DNA of 64,000 nucleotides from Camelus dromedarius (lineage: Eukaryota). The stretch lies in assembly GCF_036321535.1 (NCBI RefSeq), contig NC_087452.1:33480001-33544000 (forward strand). The letters run 5' to 3'. The notes beneath the pieces are model-generated. The model was not told where the DNA came from and searched no databases. It worked only from the letters and a program-made list of their open reading frames with translations. This document shows positions 37,301 through 47,656 of the stretch, piece after piece. The position numbers and the translations under genes were made by a program. Numbering within the stretch: the first letter of the stretch is position 1; every line of letters starts with the position of its first letter.

Positions 37301-40300
37301 AACTTGGTATAAGAGGGAGATGCAGCAGAAGCCAGTGGCCATCACTGACCGCTATCTGTGTCCCCTAGAGAGACTGCCGCTATGACGGGCAAATTGCCGT
37401 GTTTGGGGCTGGTTTTCAGAAGAAACTGAGCCACCAGCACTACCTCCTGGTGAGCCTTGTGGTGAGGTGGGGAGTGAGCAGGGTGGGGCCAGGCCAGGCC
37501 CTGGCTAAGGTTGTTCCTGTTGGCAGGTGGGTGCTGGTGCTATTGGCTGTGAGCTGCTCAAAGGCTTTGCCCTAGTGGGCCTGGGGGCTGGGGGCAGTGG
37601 GGGCGTGACTGTTGCCGACATGGATCACGTGGAGCGCTCCAACCTCAGCCGGCAGTTCCTCTTCAGGCCCCAGGACATTGGTGTGAGTGCCCACCCCTCC
37701 CCACATCCGTGTCCTGAAATGTCCTCCTGTAATACATACCCCACACCCAAGTCTTCACACTTTCTTCTCAGAGGCCAAAGGCAGAGGTGGCTGCTGAGGC
37801 TGCTCATCACCTGAACTCAAACTTGAAGGTGACCCCGCTCACCTACCCACTGGATCCCACTACAGAGCACATCTATGGGGACAACTTCTTCTCCAATGTG
37901 GATGGCGTGGCTGCCGCCCTGGACAGTTTCCAGGCTCGTGAGTGCTCGACCTGGGAACTCAACCCCTTGTCTGAGACTGTGCCCACCCCACTTCTGACCC
38001 TCTGCTCCTTTGCCAGGACACTATGTGGCTGCTCGCTGCACTCACTATCTGAAGCCACTACTGGAAGCGGGCACAAATGGCACCCGGGGCAGTGCTTGTG
38101 TGTTCATGCCGGATGTGACTGATGTCTACAGAGGCCCTGCCTCGGATGCAGATTCTGAGGATGCCTCCTACCCTGTCTGCACCGTGCGGTACTTCCCCAG
38201 CACAGCCAAGCACACCTTGCAGGTGGGAAGGACCCCCAGAGACTCCTACCCAACCTGGCTCCATCCTCAGCTGCAGAACTGTTCCCTAACTGGCACCTCA
38301 TGGTTCCTCCCTTCCCCTTAGTGGGCCCGGGATGAGTTTGAGGGACTTTTCCATCTGTCTGCTGAGACCATCAAACGCTACCAACAGGAAGGCCACCCAC
38401 AAGGGTGAGTAAGAATTCAGAGCCCCTGTCAACCAAGAGGCTTAGCCTCAGACTTGCTCCTCTGTCCGCAGGGCACTCATTTCTCTGGCTGACATGGATG
38501 GGCCACAGGTACTGACCCTGCTGCAGGTGGTGCTGGGTGTCCTGAGAGAGCGTCCACAGACGTGGCGAGACTGCGTGCTGTGGGCCCTTGGCCACTGGCA
38601 ACTGTGCTTCCATTATGGCATCATACAGCTGCTGAGGCTCTTCCCACCTGATAAAGTGGGTACTAGGAGTCAGGAGGATGAGTGCTCAGGGTGGCCAGAC
38701 AGAGTCCAGCAGCCTCCATTTCCCTAGGTGCTTGAGGATGGAACACCTTTCTGGTCAAGTCCCAGACAGTGTCCCCAGCCCTTGGAGTTTGACGCCAGCC
38801 AAGTGAGTGGAGTCTTTTGGGAGCCCTGAGAGGGGAATGTGGCCCCTAGAATGGAGGTGAGCACCTCTGATTTTGCAGGAGAGGGAGATGCTGAGAGGGA
38901 GAGAGCCCTATCTGTGCACATGGGGGTGTTCACATGTGAGGCAGATGCAGGTGTTCAAACAGATCCACAAATGGGCAGTGACCCCCACCCCACGCGCCCA
39001 TCCAAGCTCACTCAAACCCTTGCATCTGCCCCTGCTCTTGGTCTCACTGCAGGACATGCACCTCCTCTATGTGTTGGCAGCTGCCAACCTGTACGCCCAG
39101 ATGCATGGGCTGCCTGGCTCTCGGGACCAGACTGAGCTCAGAGGACTGCTGAAGTTGCTGCCACTTCCTGACCTCCAGGACTTGGCCCCCATCTTTGCTA
39201 GTGACCTGGAGCTGGCTTGGGCTTCTGCTGAGTTGGGTGAGATCCCTGGCCCTGGCCCTAGCCCCCATCCTGCCACTCAAAGGCCTGACCCTGTCCTCAG
39301 CCTGTGCTCCAGAAAGAAGATGGGGTCAGGGGAAGGCAGCCAACTTACTACCTTTCAGGCCCTCTGACCTTGCTTCTGTCTAGCCTTGGCCCCTCAGAAG
39401 GCCCTCTCTTCTGCCTACCCCACCCCACCTTGTTCCCTTGGCCGACTCACCAAATAAACAAACAAACAAACGAAAATAATAAAAAACACAAACCACTGGG
39501 CCCTGGGGAGCAACTAGCTGTGGCTGCTAGATAAGGACAGAACTACATACATGTATGTGCACGCACACACATGCACACACAGGTGTGGGCTGGGGCTCCT
39601 AGGGAGATTGCAGCATCAATCAAGGGGTCTCACTGTAAATGGGAAGTGCTAGGCTTGGCAGGGACCAGGGATAGGCACTGGGCTCCTGGAAGAGTGCAGG
39701 ACTTGGGGTCTAAGGATTGTCCCAACACACCTTTCCCCCGACAGGCCCTGAGCACTTGAAGAAACTGCATGAAGCCCTGGAAATCTGGAGCACAGGCCCT
39801 CCCCTGGAACCCTTGATGTTTGAGAAGGTGGGAGCCCATCTGGGGCTGAACAGACAGGCTAGAGAGGTTGTTGGGGAAGGTTAAGAACTAAATCTCTTGG
39901 TCTGAGCCCCTTGGTCTGAGTTGTCCTCCCAGCAGGACCCCAGGAGCTCCTCACTTCCCTTGAGCCTCAGCCTCCTTATCTGTTAAGTGGGTAGATGTGA
40001 GCATCTAGCCCACAGTATTGTGTGAAGACCTGTGCAGTGGCACAGAGTTGGCCAAGGTGAGGGGCACTGGGGCAATGTTAACACTACCGTGCCTTGGCCC
40101 TCACAGGACAATGACAACAACTTCCATGTGGATTTTGTGACAGCAGCAGCTTGCCTGCGAGCTCAGAACTATGGGATCCCACCGGCCAACCGCACTAAGG
40201 TAACTTGCCCCTTGGGACTCAGGCCTGGAGGTGGGGTCAAACCCTAGCCTTACACCTCAGGCCCAGACCAAATCTTCTGTCTATGGCAGAGCAAGCGAAT

Positions 40301-41771
40301 TGTGGGCCGGATTATCCCAGCTGTTGCCACCACTACAGCGGCCGTGGCTGGCCTGGTGGGCCTGGAGCTATACAAGGTGGTGGGCGGGCCACGGCCCCTC
40401 AGTGCCTTTCGCCACAACTATCTGCACCTGGCTGAAAACTACTTTAGCCGCTGGGTACCTTTTGCCCCAGCCATCCAAAAGGTGAGCCCTTGACAACACT
40501 TCCCCGACACCAGGCCTGAGTTTTCCCTGCAATCACCCTACTCGGGCTTCAGGCTGTCACCAGGACCCAGACTCTGGGGGAGTCCTCAAGACTCCCTCCA
40601 GCCCCCTCCCTGCTGCAAAGCCAGGCTGGGACCTGTCAGACACAGGAAGCAGCCGTCAGCCACCCCCACCCTCCAACCCTCCGGGTCTGGGGGAGCTGCA
40701 GCTTTAACTCATTAGTGGAGCCAGACATCCCCCACATCCCCCTCCTTCCCACGAGTGCCCCTGAGGGGGAAGGGGGACTAGGGCCCTAGCCCCAAACAGA
40801 GCTGAACATCAACATTGCCTGCATGGCATGGCATCCATCCTCCTCTGGCCTGGACCTTCCCCTCAAGCTGAGTTGAAAGACACTGAGCTCTCCACCATGG
40901 GGCCCTGTGTGGGGTGTGCAGCCCTGTGGGGATGTGCACGCTCATGTCACATGTGAGTGCACTGGGGTCTGGGCATCCCTGGCCCTGTGGTGTGTGGGCA
41001 TGGAGGGAGCATGCTTGCACATCTGTGTGCCAGGTGGGACTACAGGGCTTTTTCACTATGTGGGCTTGCATGGGTGTGCGTGTGAGTACACATGTGGGTG
41101 TTCCTGGGCTTGTGTGCATGTGTGTTCCTTCAAGTGCAGGGCTATGAGTGCCCCTGGCTGTGTGCCCAGGCTCTGCAATAGTTGGCATTTCCTTAGGGCA
41201 CAAGGAAGGGTGTAGAGAGAATTTCCTCACCAGGAGAGAGGCGAGAGGTCATGGGCCAGTGCTGCTCTTGCTGAGCAGCTCTGGGGTCCTTCAGGGCACA
41301 GCACACAGAGCCCCTTTGTGAGGGGCCCAGCCTCTAGCTAGAACACAAGCTGCCTTTGTCCATGGAGGAGGGGGAGAGGGAGGGGAAGGATCCTCCATCT
41401 CACCTCTGGCCTCGTCTCAGCTTGACCCCACTGTTTTCTGGGGAGCTGGCAGAGCCCCCCTGTCTTGGCCCCTGGCTGTCTGCCACCTTCTGCCCTCAGC
41501 TCTGGGTCCCAGAACCTCAAGACTCTTGAAATAAGGAAGGAAAAAGGGGACAGAAAGAGGAGGCCTCTGTGGGCTGTGTCACTGCTTGGGTCACTGTGCC
41601 CCTTGCCTGTGTGCCCATGAGTAGTCCAAGGCCCTGGTAGTAAAGGATTAGAGGACAGGATGTACCGCCTACCCCCCTACCCCAGCTTCCAGCCTTGCAT
41701 TTGAGGAACAAGCAGCTTTATCAGAGACTGCAGTGGCCCTGTTCCCGCTTCCTCAGGAAGCATGTCCCTCC

Positions 41772-41826
<55 letters not shown>

Positions 41827-42945
41827 CCTGTGTGATGGATCGCCTGTTTCCCTGTGCGGGGGCCCCATATCCCCATTTCCTGTGCTGGCCTCAGCATGGG
41901 TGGGGAGGGTGGTGAGACTCTGGGCCTAGATCCCACCTTCCACCCCCACCCCCTGGCTTCTGCTTCCTGCCTCTAGTCCAGCTCCTCCCCTAGGAAGGGG
42001 CCATAAGCTGCTAGGGACAGGGGGAGGGGGAGGGGTGTGTGTAAGAAGCTTCTCACTCCTCGCCACTACCACCCCCCAGTTCCAACACCTGGAGTGGACC
42101 TGTTGGAAACGCCTAGAAGTGCCTGCTGGGGAGCCGGAGAGGACCCTGGAGTCGTTGCTGGCCCATCTCCAGGTGTGCCCCATTCCTGCTCTGTCCCCAG
42201 GCCTGGCCCAGCCTGGCCCAGCTGGCACCTGACCTCTCTCTGTCTAGGAACTGCTGGGGGTGAGGGTGACAATGCTGCTGCGTGGCCCGGCCGTGCTCTA
42301 CTCTGCAGGATGGTCGCTTGAAAAGCAGGCCTGGCACCTGCCCCTCAGGTGAGCCCACACCTGGCTCTAGCCAGGTCTCATTCTGTCCCTGGAAGTTGGA
42401 GGTGGGAGAAAAGTAGCCTTCCCTCTTTCCAACCTCATCTGGGCCCCTCACACCTTCCTGAAGTTTTCTTTTGCCAAATGGAGCCAGCAAATGGTCTGGG
42501 GGTGGGCGGAGGGCCAAGAGCCTGAGGAGGGGCCTCTAGGAGCTGCCTGCTCAGCCAGCCCCACCAGCTCCTCCACACCCTGCTCAGCTCCCCTTTCCCA
42601 GCCCACTCCCAGGGGACTCGCAGCTTCCTGCCTCCTGCCCGCCCCGCCAGCCGCTCCTAAAATAGTTTCAGATGTTTCCTGTCTTGGGCCATTCTTGCTC
42701 CTGGCTTGGGCTCCTTATGGCCCACCAGCACCTTGTAGTCCATGCCAGGACACTCTCTGCCTGCCACTGCCCACCTCCCCAATCTCCCCCAATCCTCTCC
42801 CCACCATGCCACCAGGGTGACGGAAGTAATGCGGCAGGTGACCGGCCAGGCACCTGAGCCTGGACAGCGGGTGCTGGTACTGGAGCTCAGCTGTGAGGGT
42901 GATGAGGAGGACACTACCTTCCCACCCGTGCACTATAAGCTGTGA
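34400..42945 (+). CDS. UBA7: Ubiquitin-like modifier-activating enzyme 7 (ISG15 E1, UBE1L), 1018 aa, 24 exons
   Basis: Exons: 34400-34455, 34539-34707, 34807-34941, 35051-35157, 35501-35591, 35695-35830, 36011-36108, 36202-36348, 36769-36951, 37105-37212, 37369-37449, 37527-37682, 37772-37937, 38017-38222, 38322-38404, 38472-38655, 38728-38802, 39053-39236, 39745-39827, 40107-40199, 40290-40481, 42080-42172, 42248-42348, 42816-42945. Total 3057 nt. Motifs: [33 protein letters not shown], catalytic Cys599 in YPVCT (38178-38180), C-terminal UFD. Confidence 0.96.
41773..41822. repeat. (AC)25 microsatellite in UBA7 intron 21
   Basis: Perfect dinucleotide run. Confidence 0.97.
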
Positions 42946-43009
42946 CAAGGCAGCAGCCTCACCACCCAGCTCTGTCAAGCTCTGCATCCCAATCCCTCAG
43001 GAGGTACTC

Positions 43010-43015
43010 AATAAA
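43010..43015 (+). terminator. UBA7 polyadenylation signal
   Basis: AATAAA 65 nt after the stop codon, inside an L2-tail-like motif. Confidence 0.75.
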
Positions 43016-43209
43016 TGCTTGTTGAAGGAAGGACAGGATGGATGACGGAACACGAGACAGGCACACGGGGTGTGACATGGGTATGACAGGGACCCCTGCA
43101 GGGAGGAAAAAGGGTCTATAGATTCCCCTGCCTGATTTGTGCCTTGCAGGGCTGAGGCTGCCTCCTGGAGCCTCAGGGGTATGGAACCAGGACAGTCCAG
43201 AGAAAGGCT

Positions 43210-43215
43210 TTTATT
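43210..43215 (-). terminator. INKA1 polyadenylation signal
   Basis: TTTATT on plus, i.e. AATAAA on minus, about 21 nt after the INKA1 stop. Confidence 0.75.
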
Positions 43216-43236
43216 GTCCCAGGCTGGAGGGCAGGG

Positions 43237-44852
43237 TCAGAGGTAGCTGACAACATCATTGCAGATGATGGGCTGGCGACTGCGGCAACTCATGAGGGCT
43301 GCAAAGCGTGAGACATCTGCAGGCAGTTCAGGTTCCGGACGAGGTGGGCATGACAATCGCTTTCCTGCCATGGCTGCCCGGCGTGCCCTGGCCAGCTGGC
43401 GCCGCAGCTGCTCAGAGAGGCCAAGCAGGAACTGGGGTGGCCGGGCACGGGCACGGGAGCCACCCCTGTCATCCCCCTCACCCGCTGCCTCAGGTAGCTC
43501 CATCCAGTTGTGCACCAAGTCAGCAAAGCAGTTGTCCCCCAGAACTAGGGGCTGGCGACTGCGACCTCTGCTCAGCAGGGCTGCTGTCCAGTCCTCAGCT
43601 TCCAGCCCCTGCCAGTGCTCCAGGCAGGCATCTGGGGTGGACTTGGGCCGTGGTCGGTGGGCAGGTGGTGCACGGGCCACAGGAGCCCCACTAGGCAGGG
43701 AGATGCCACTGGCCGAGAGACGCTGTCTGTGGGGGGGCCGTGCAGGGGGTGCTGGGTGCTGGAGTACGGGTAGCTCTTCCTCTCTCCATGTGCTGCCTGA
43801 CACCTCTGAGAAGCCAGAGTCCCAGTCCAGGGCATGCTCCTTAGGGGTCCCCAAGACTATACCCCTGTTTCCTGTCACCACAGCTTCTTCCTCCTCTTCC
43901 TCCATACCACAGACTGAGTCCTCTTCCAAGGCATCTGGGGCCCTGAGCCGGTGCCTGAGCCGCACACCTGAGCCGGGTTTGGTGGGTGGCGGAAGAGGGC
44001 CAGGCATCTGGGGTGAACCTGTGTCCCGGCCACACAGCTGCAGAGGAACAGAGGGAGGAACAGAGGGCAGAAGTCGGAAGGGCAGTGCTTGTACCCCTGC
44101 CTGCCTGGCCAGACCAATTCCAAAACAGAAGGCCCAGGAGGGCTGGATAGGCCTGCAGGCCTAGGCAGCAAGGCCTCTAGTGGGCACAGGGCCGGCATGG
44201 GGCGCTGGCACACGAAGCTCGTGTGGCTCCCATCGGCCGACCTGGTGGCAGTCCGGCAGGCTGCAGCACGCAGAGCCAGGCAAGTCGGTACCCGCCACCA
44301 GGGCGGGAGGCAGGGTTGCGGGCCTGCATCGGGAAGTAGGTCCTGCTCAGGGCTGGGGTCTGGGGGTGGTTGGCATCCCATGCCTCTTGAGGGATTCAGC
44401 TCCCTAAAGCCCGCAGCGTCTTTCAGAGAAGGATAAAGTACTTGCTACGTGGGGTGTAGAGGACGGAGGTACAGGCTAGTCTGGAGTAGGGGGCATTCAT
44501 AGCAGCACCAGTACTTTAGTCCCTCGCAGTCCCCTGCTCCGCCCCGAAAGAAGTTTCTCCCCCCAATTCATCCGCCGCGCCGGCAGCGCGGCCAGCTGGG
44601 CGGCTGTTACTTGATGCCCAGCGCAGCTCCCAATCGTCCGAAACCCGACGCGGGCCATCTGGGCCATCTGCGCCGCCCCGCCCCCATTCTGCCTTGGATG
44701 GGCACTCGGGACAACCCCCCAACCCGTGTGTGGTTCGGGCTGGATCGCAGCCAAGCACCCCACACACGTCCTCACGAATCACACCCGCTCCCAAGCCTCA
44801 CCAATTCCCAGCGCAGCTGGCCCAGGAAGCTGTCAAGCCGAGCGCTGTGCAT
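43237..44852 (-). CDS. INKA1: PAK4 inhibitor INKA1 (FAM212A), 283 aa, 2 exons
   Basis: Exon 1 44852-44802 (MHSARLDSFLGQLRWEL, then GTGAGG donor). Exon 2 44037-43237 (LCGRDTGSPQMPGP...DWDSGFSEVSG...EDWTAALLSRGRSRQPLVLGDNCFADLVHNWMELP...RSRQPIICNDVVSYL*), with two Inka boxes. Confidence 0.95.
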
Positions 44853-45720
44853 CCCGGTGCCAGAGCCCCCGCCAGGCCTGCCAGTTCCTCTTAGAACTCT
44901 AGCGGGAGCGGCGCGGAAAGGGCCCGGCGGGCCGTCCAGCGGCGCCCTTGCCCTCCGCCTTGTTCGGCGGCTCCTCCCTCTTCGTAGCTCCCGCAGCGGC
45001 CGCCGCCCCAACATCTGGCAGCTGCGCCCCGCCCCTGGCGCCCCAGCCAATGGCGCTGGGGCGTGGCTGATGTGGCCCCGCCCCCTGGGCCCGGCCGGGT
45101 GGGCGAGCTGGACGCCCACTCCCCACTCCGCCAGCTCTGGAGGGAGGGGCGGGACTGTATCTGGAAACCCCGTGGGCTCCGGGCCGGGACTCCTCGACGT
45201 CCTGGACAGCTGAGCTGACTCCAGGTCCGCTGTAGGACCCAGGACAAGTCGCTTCTCTGTGGTAGCCCCAGCGTTCCCATTTTTCCTGGGACAGAACTGT
45301 GGTCTCTCCTGCAGGGGCCCTGGGAGCGCGCGGGTTTCCCGGCTGCGCCCCTATGCGGGCGGACCACCCCCAGTCGTCGGACCCCGCAGTGCCGTGGCCC
45401 ACTCGGGGCCGACCCACCAAATCTGCTCCTGGAGCCAGCCCTGACAGTCCCTAGGAGTCGATGGGATGGGTTCCGCGGCCCCTCCGAGGACGACGGGAGC
45501 GCGGAACCTCGCGGCAACACCGGGGAGGAGCCTCAGTCAAGGCCCAGTCCCCGCCCTCTCTGCCCGCGTCTGCGGCGAGCTAGGCGGGGCCGCCCTCTAG
45601 TGGGCAGCGCGCGATTAGCTGCGATTCCTGCCGCGACACCCGCATCCCCTCTGACGGTACCACATGCAAACTGGGAGCGCAGGGATTTAGCGCGGCGCTC
45701 TCTCACCGAAATGGTCAGAG
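44440..45720. promoter_or_regulatory. INKA1 promoter CpG island
   Basis: High GC and CpG density, GC boxes, CCAAT at about 45047, tandem CCATCTG E-boxes in intron 1. Boundaries approximate. Confidence 0.8.
45590..45603 (-). promoter_or_regulatory. Near-consensus CTCF site between INKA1 and CDHR4
   Basis: Minus strand reads CCACTAGAGGGCGG. Confidence 0.7.
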
Positions 45721-45749
45721 CCTGTTCCCTGAAGCCATTCCATAATCGG

Positions 45750-46990
45750 AGGCTAGGTTCAAGGACACAGACTAACTGGAGACAGAACTAGACAAGTCAC
45801 TAGACAGAAAAATACCGGGGTATGAGGACGAAGGGCTCGCTTGAGAGAAGAGATTCTCAGAGATTGCATTCTGTATGGGATCTGGATAAGCCATCAAGGA
45901 GAGATCCAGAAGAGGGGTATTTTAGGTAGAGGAACCATCCAGTTAAAAGCCCTGAGAGGACAGGAGCTGGACAGGGCTTAACAGAAAGAAGGCCCAGATG
46001 TCTTATGATGGTGGTAGTTAGGGGAGTGAAGAGGTCAGCAAAACCAGGTTCCTGGCATTCTTAGAAAGGAATAAGGGGTTTTGTTCTTGGTCTGGTGGGA
46101 AGTACTGAAGGCTTTTGAGCAGGGAATGACCTGGGCTGGCTCCTGTTTAGATAATTGCTGCTCTGAGAGAATTACTCTGTAATAGAAGTGGAGGCTCCTG
46201 CCCTCATCCAGCAAGGGAGGGGAGGGCCTGGGTCCGGGTAGGTCTGGTGCAAAGAAGGGGGTCACCCCTTCTGGGATGTGTTTTGGAGTTAAAGTCGTCT
46301 TGCTGATGCATGAATATGGGAAGGGAAAGAGGAGTATCTAGCATGACTCCTAGATTTCTGGTCTGAACAACCGATTGGCTGAAATTGCCATGATTTGATC
46401 CAAGAAAGACTGGAGAAGAGTGGGTTTGGAGAGCAAAATCAAATGATCATTTGTGGACACATGACCCTTAAGATACTTGTTAGATATTAAAGAGGAGATG
46501 CACAGTCAGCCATTGGGTGTGTGCCTCTGTTGTCTGGGAGGGAGATCAGCACTGAAGCCTTGGATCTAGGAACCAAAGGGAATGGATGGTATTTAAGGCC
46601 AGGGACCTGGATGTGAGTGGGAAGGTGCACAGTGGAGGGCAGCAGTCAGACTGAGCCCTGGAACACTCCACTGGGGGAAGGTAGAGAAGATGAAGCAGAA
46701 CCAGCAAAGAAGCTTAGCAGGAGCAGCCAGGAGGTGGGAGGAAACCAAGAGAGTATGAGCACTTAGGAGCCAAGGGGAACAAGCATCAAATGCTGCTGTG
46801 AGGAGGTGAGACTGGAGAACAAACTACTGGATTCAGCAGTATGCAGGTCTCTGAGGGCTCTGACAAGGGCAGTTTTATGGAGAGAGGAACAAGCTCAACT
46901 ATGATAGGTAGAAGAGAGAGTAGAGGTGAAGAACTGGAGAGAGCAAGTGTAGACAACCTTTTAGAAATTGACTTCTAACATAAATAAAAT
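45750..46990 (-). mobile_element. L2 LINE fragments
   Basis: Purine-rich degenerate L2-like sequence (gaaggcttttgagcagggaatgac; ggatttcagcagtatgcaggtctctgagggctctgacaagggcagttt). Confidence 0.6.
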
Positions 46991-47558
46991 GATTAGACAA
47001 CTCTCAAAGGTACAGCTCCATAAATGTTAAAATCTGTAGACACCTGTGCAACTGTCACCCAGATTAAGATACAGAATATCACCAGCCACTCCAGGAGGCC
47101 ACTTTGTGCCCCCTCCAGTTGATATCCCCAAAGATGACCACTGTTTTTATTTCTGTCACCAAGGATACTTTTATTTGTCAAATGTAGACAGCTTTTGAGA
47201 GATTCTGTTGATGGCTGGGCTCAGATTTTATAGGCAGATAATGTTCTAATGGTGAGTGGACAGCTGGGGTTCAGATTCTGTGGGGTAGCAGGTCCTGGGC
47301 ACACTTTTCTTGTGTGCTGTGCTTGCTCTGTCTCCAAGACTGCATGGCCAAGACTTCGGTCTTGAGCCTCAGTTTCCCCATGTGAAGCTTGATCCTTCTC
47401 CCCTCACATCTCCTTCAGATTGTAGTCATGAATAGGAGAATTCATGGGGAGCAGTGAAAATTGGGGGTGTTCCAGGCCTTTTGATGCCTGTCTAGAGCCT
47501 AGAGCTCAGTCACCAGGGATGGGTGGGGCTAGGATCTTGGAAGCCCAGGAGTCCCGCC

Positions 47559-47613
47559 TGTTTGAGCAACTAACCTGGCAACTAGCCTGGCAACAGGGTG
47601 GGCCTGACAAACA
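47559..47613 (+). promoter_or_regulatory. CDHR4 proximal promoter: tandem RFX-like sites flanked by forkhead cores
   Basis: TGTTTG 47559-47564, CTA(A/G)CCTGGCAA x2 (47570-47593) then C, ACAAACA 47607-47613. Motif-level evidence only. Confidence 0.55.
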
Positions 47614-47656
47614 CGTCTGGCTTTCTGGAGTCTCTGCAGTCTATCTTCAGGCCACT

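Noticed and set aside
43259-44164. 301-aa plus-strand ORF antisense to INKA1 exon 2
   Set aside because: Shadow ORF of a GC-rich CDS; low-complexity Ser/Arg/Gly product downstream of the UBA7 polyA signal.
44611-45520. Overlapping 170-210 aa ORFs in the INKA1 CpG island
   Set aside because: Stop-codon depletion from very high GC; Pro/Arg/Gly-rich, with no family features.
47630-47656. Acceptor-like TCTTCAG just before the CDHR4 ATG, hinting at an upstream non-coding exon
   Set aside because: No partner donor or exon could be identified, and the promoter motifs lie immediately upstream.
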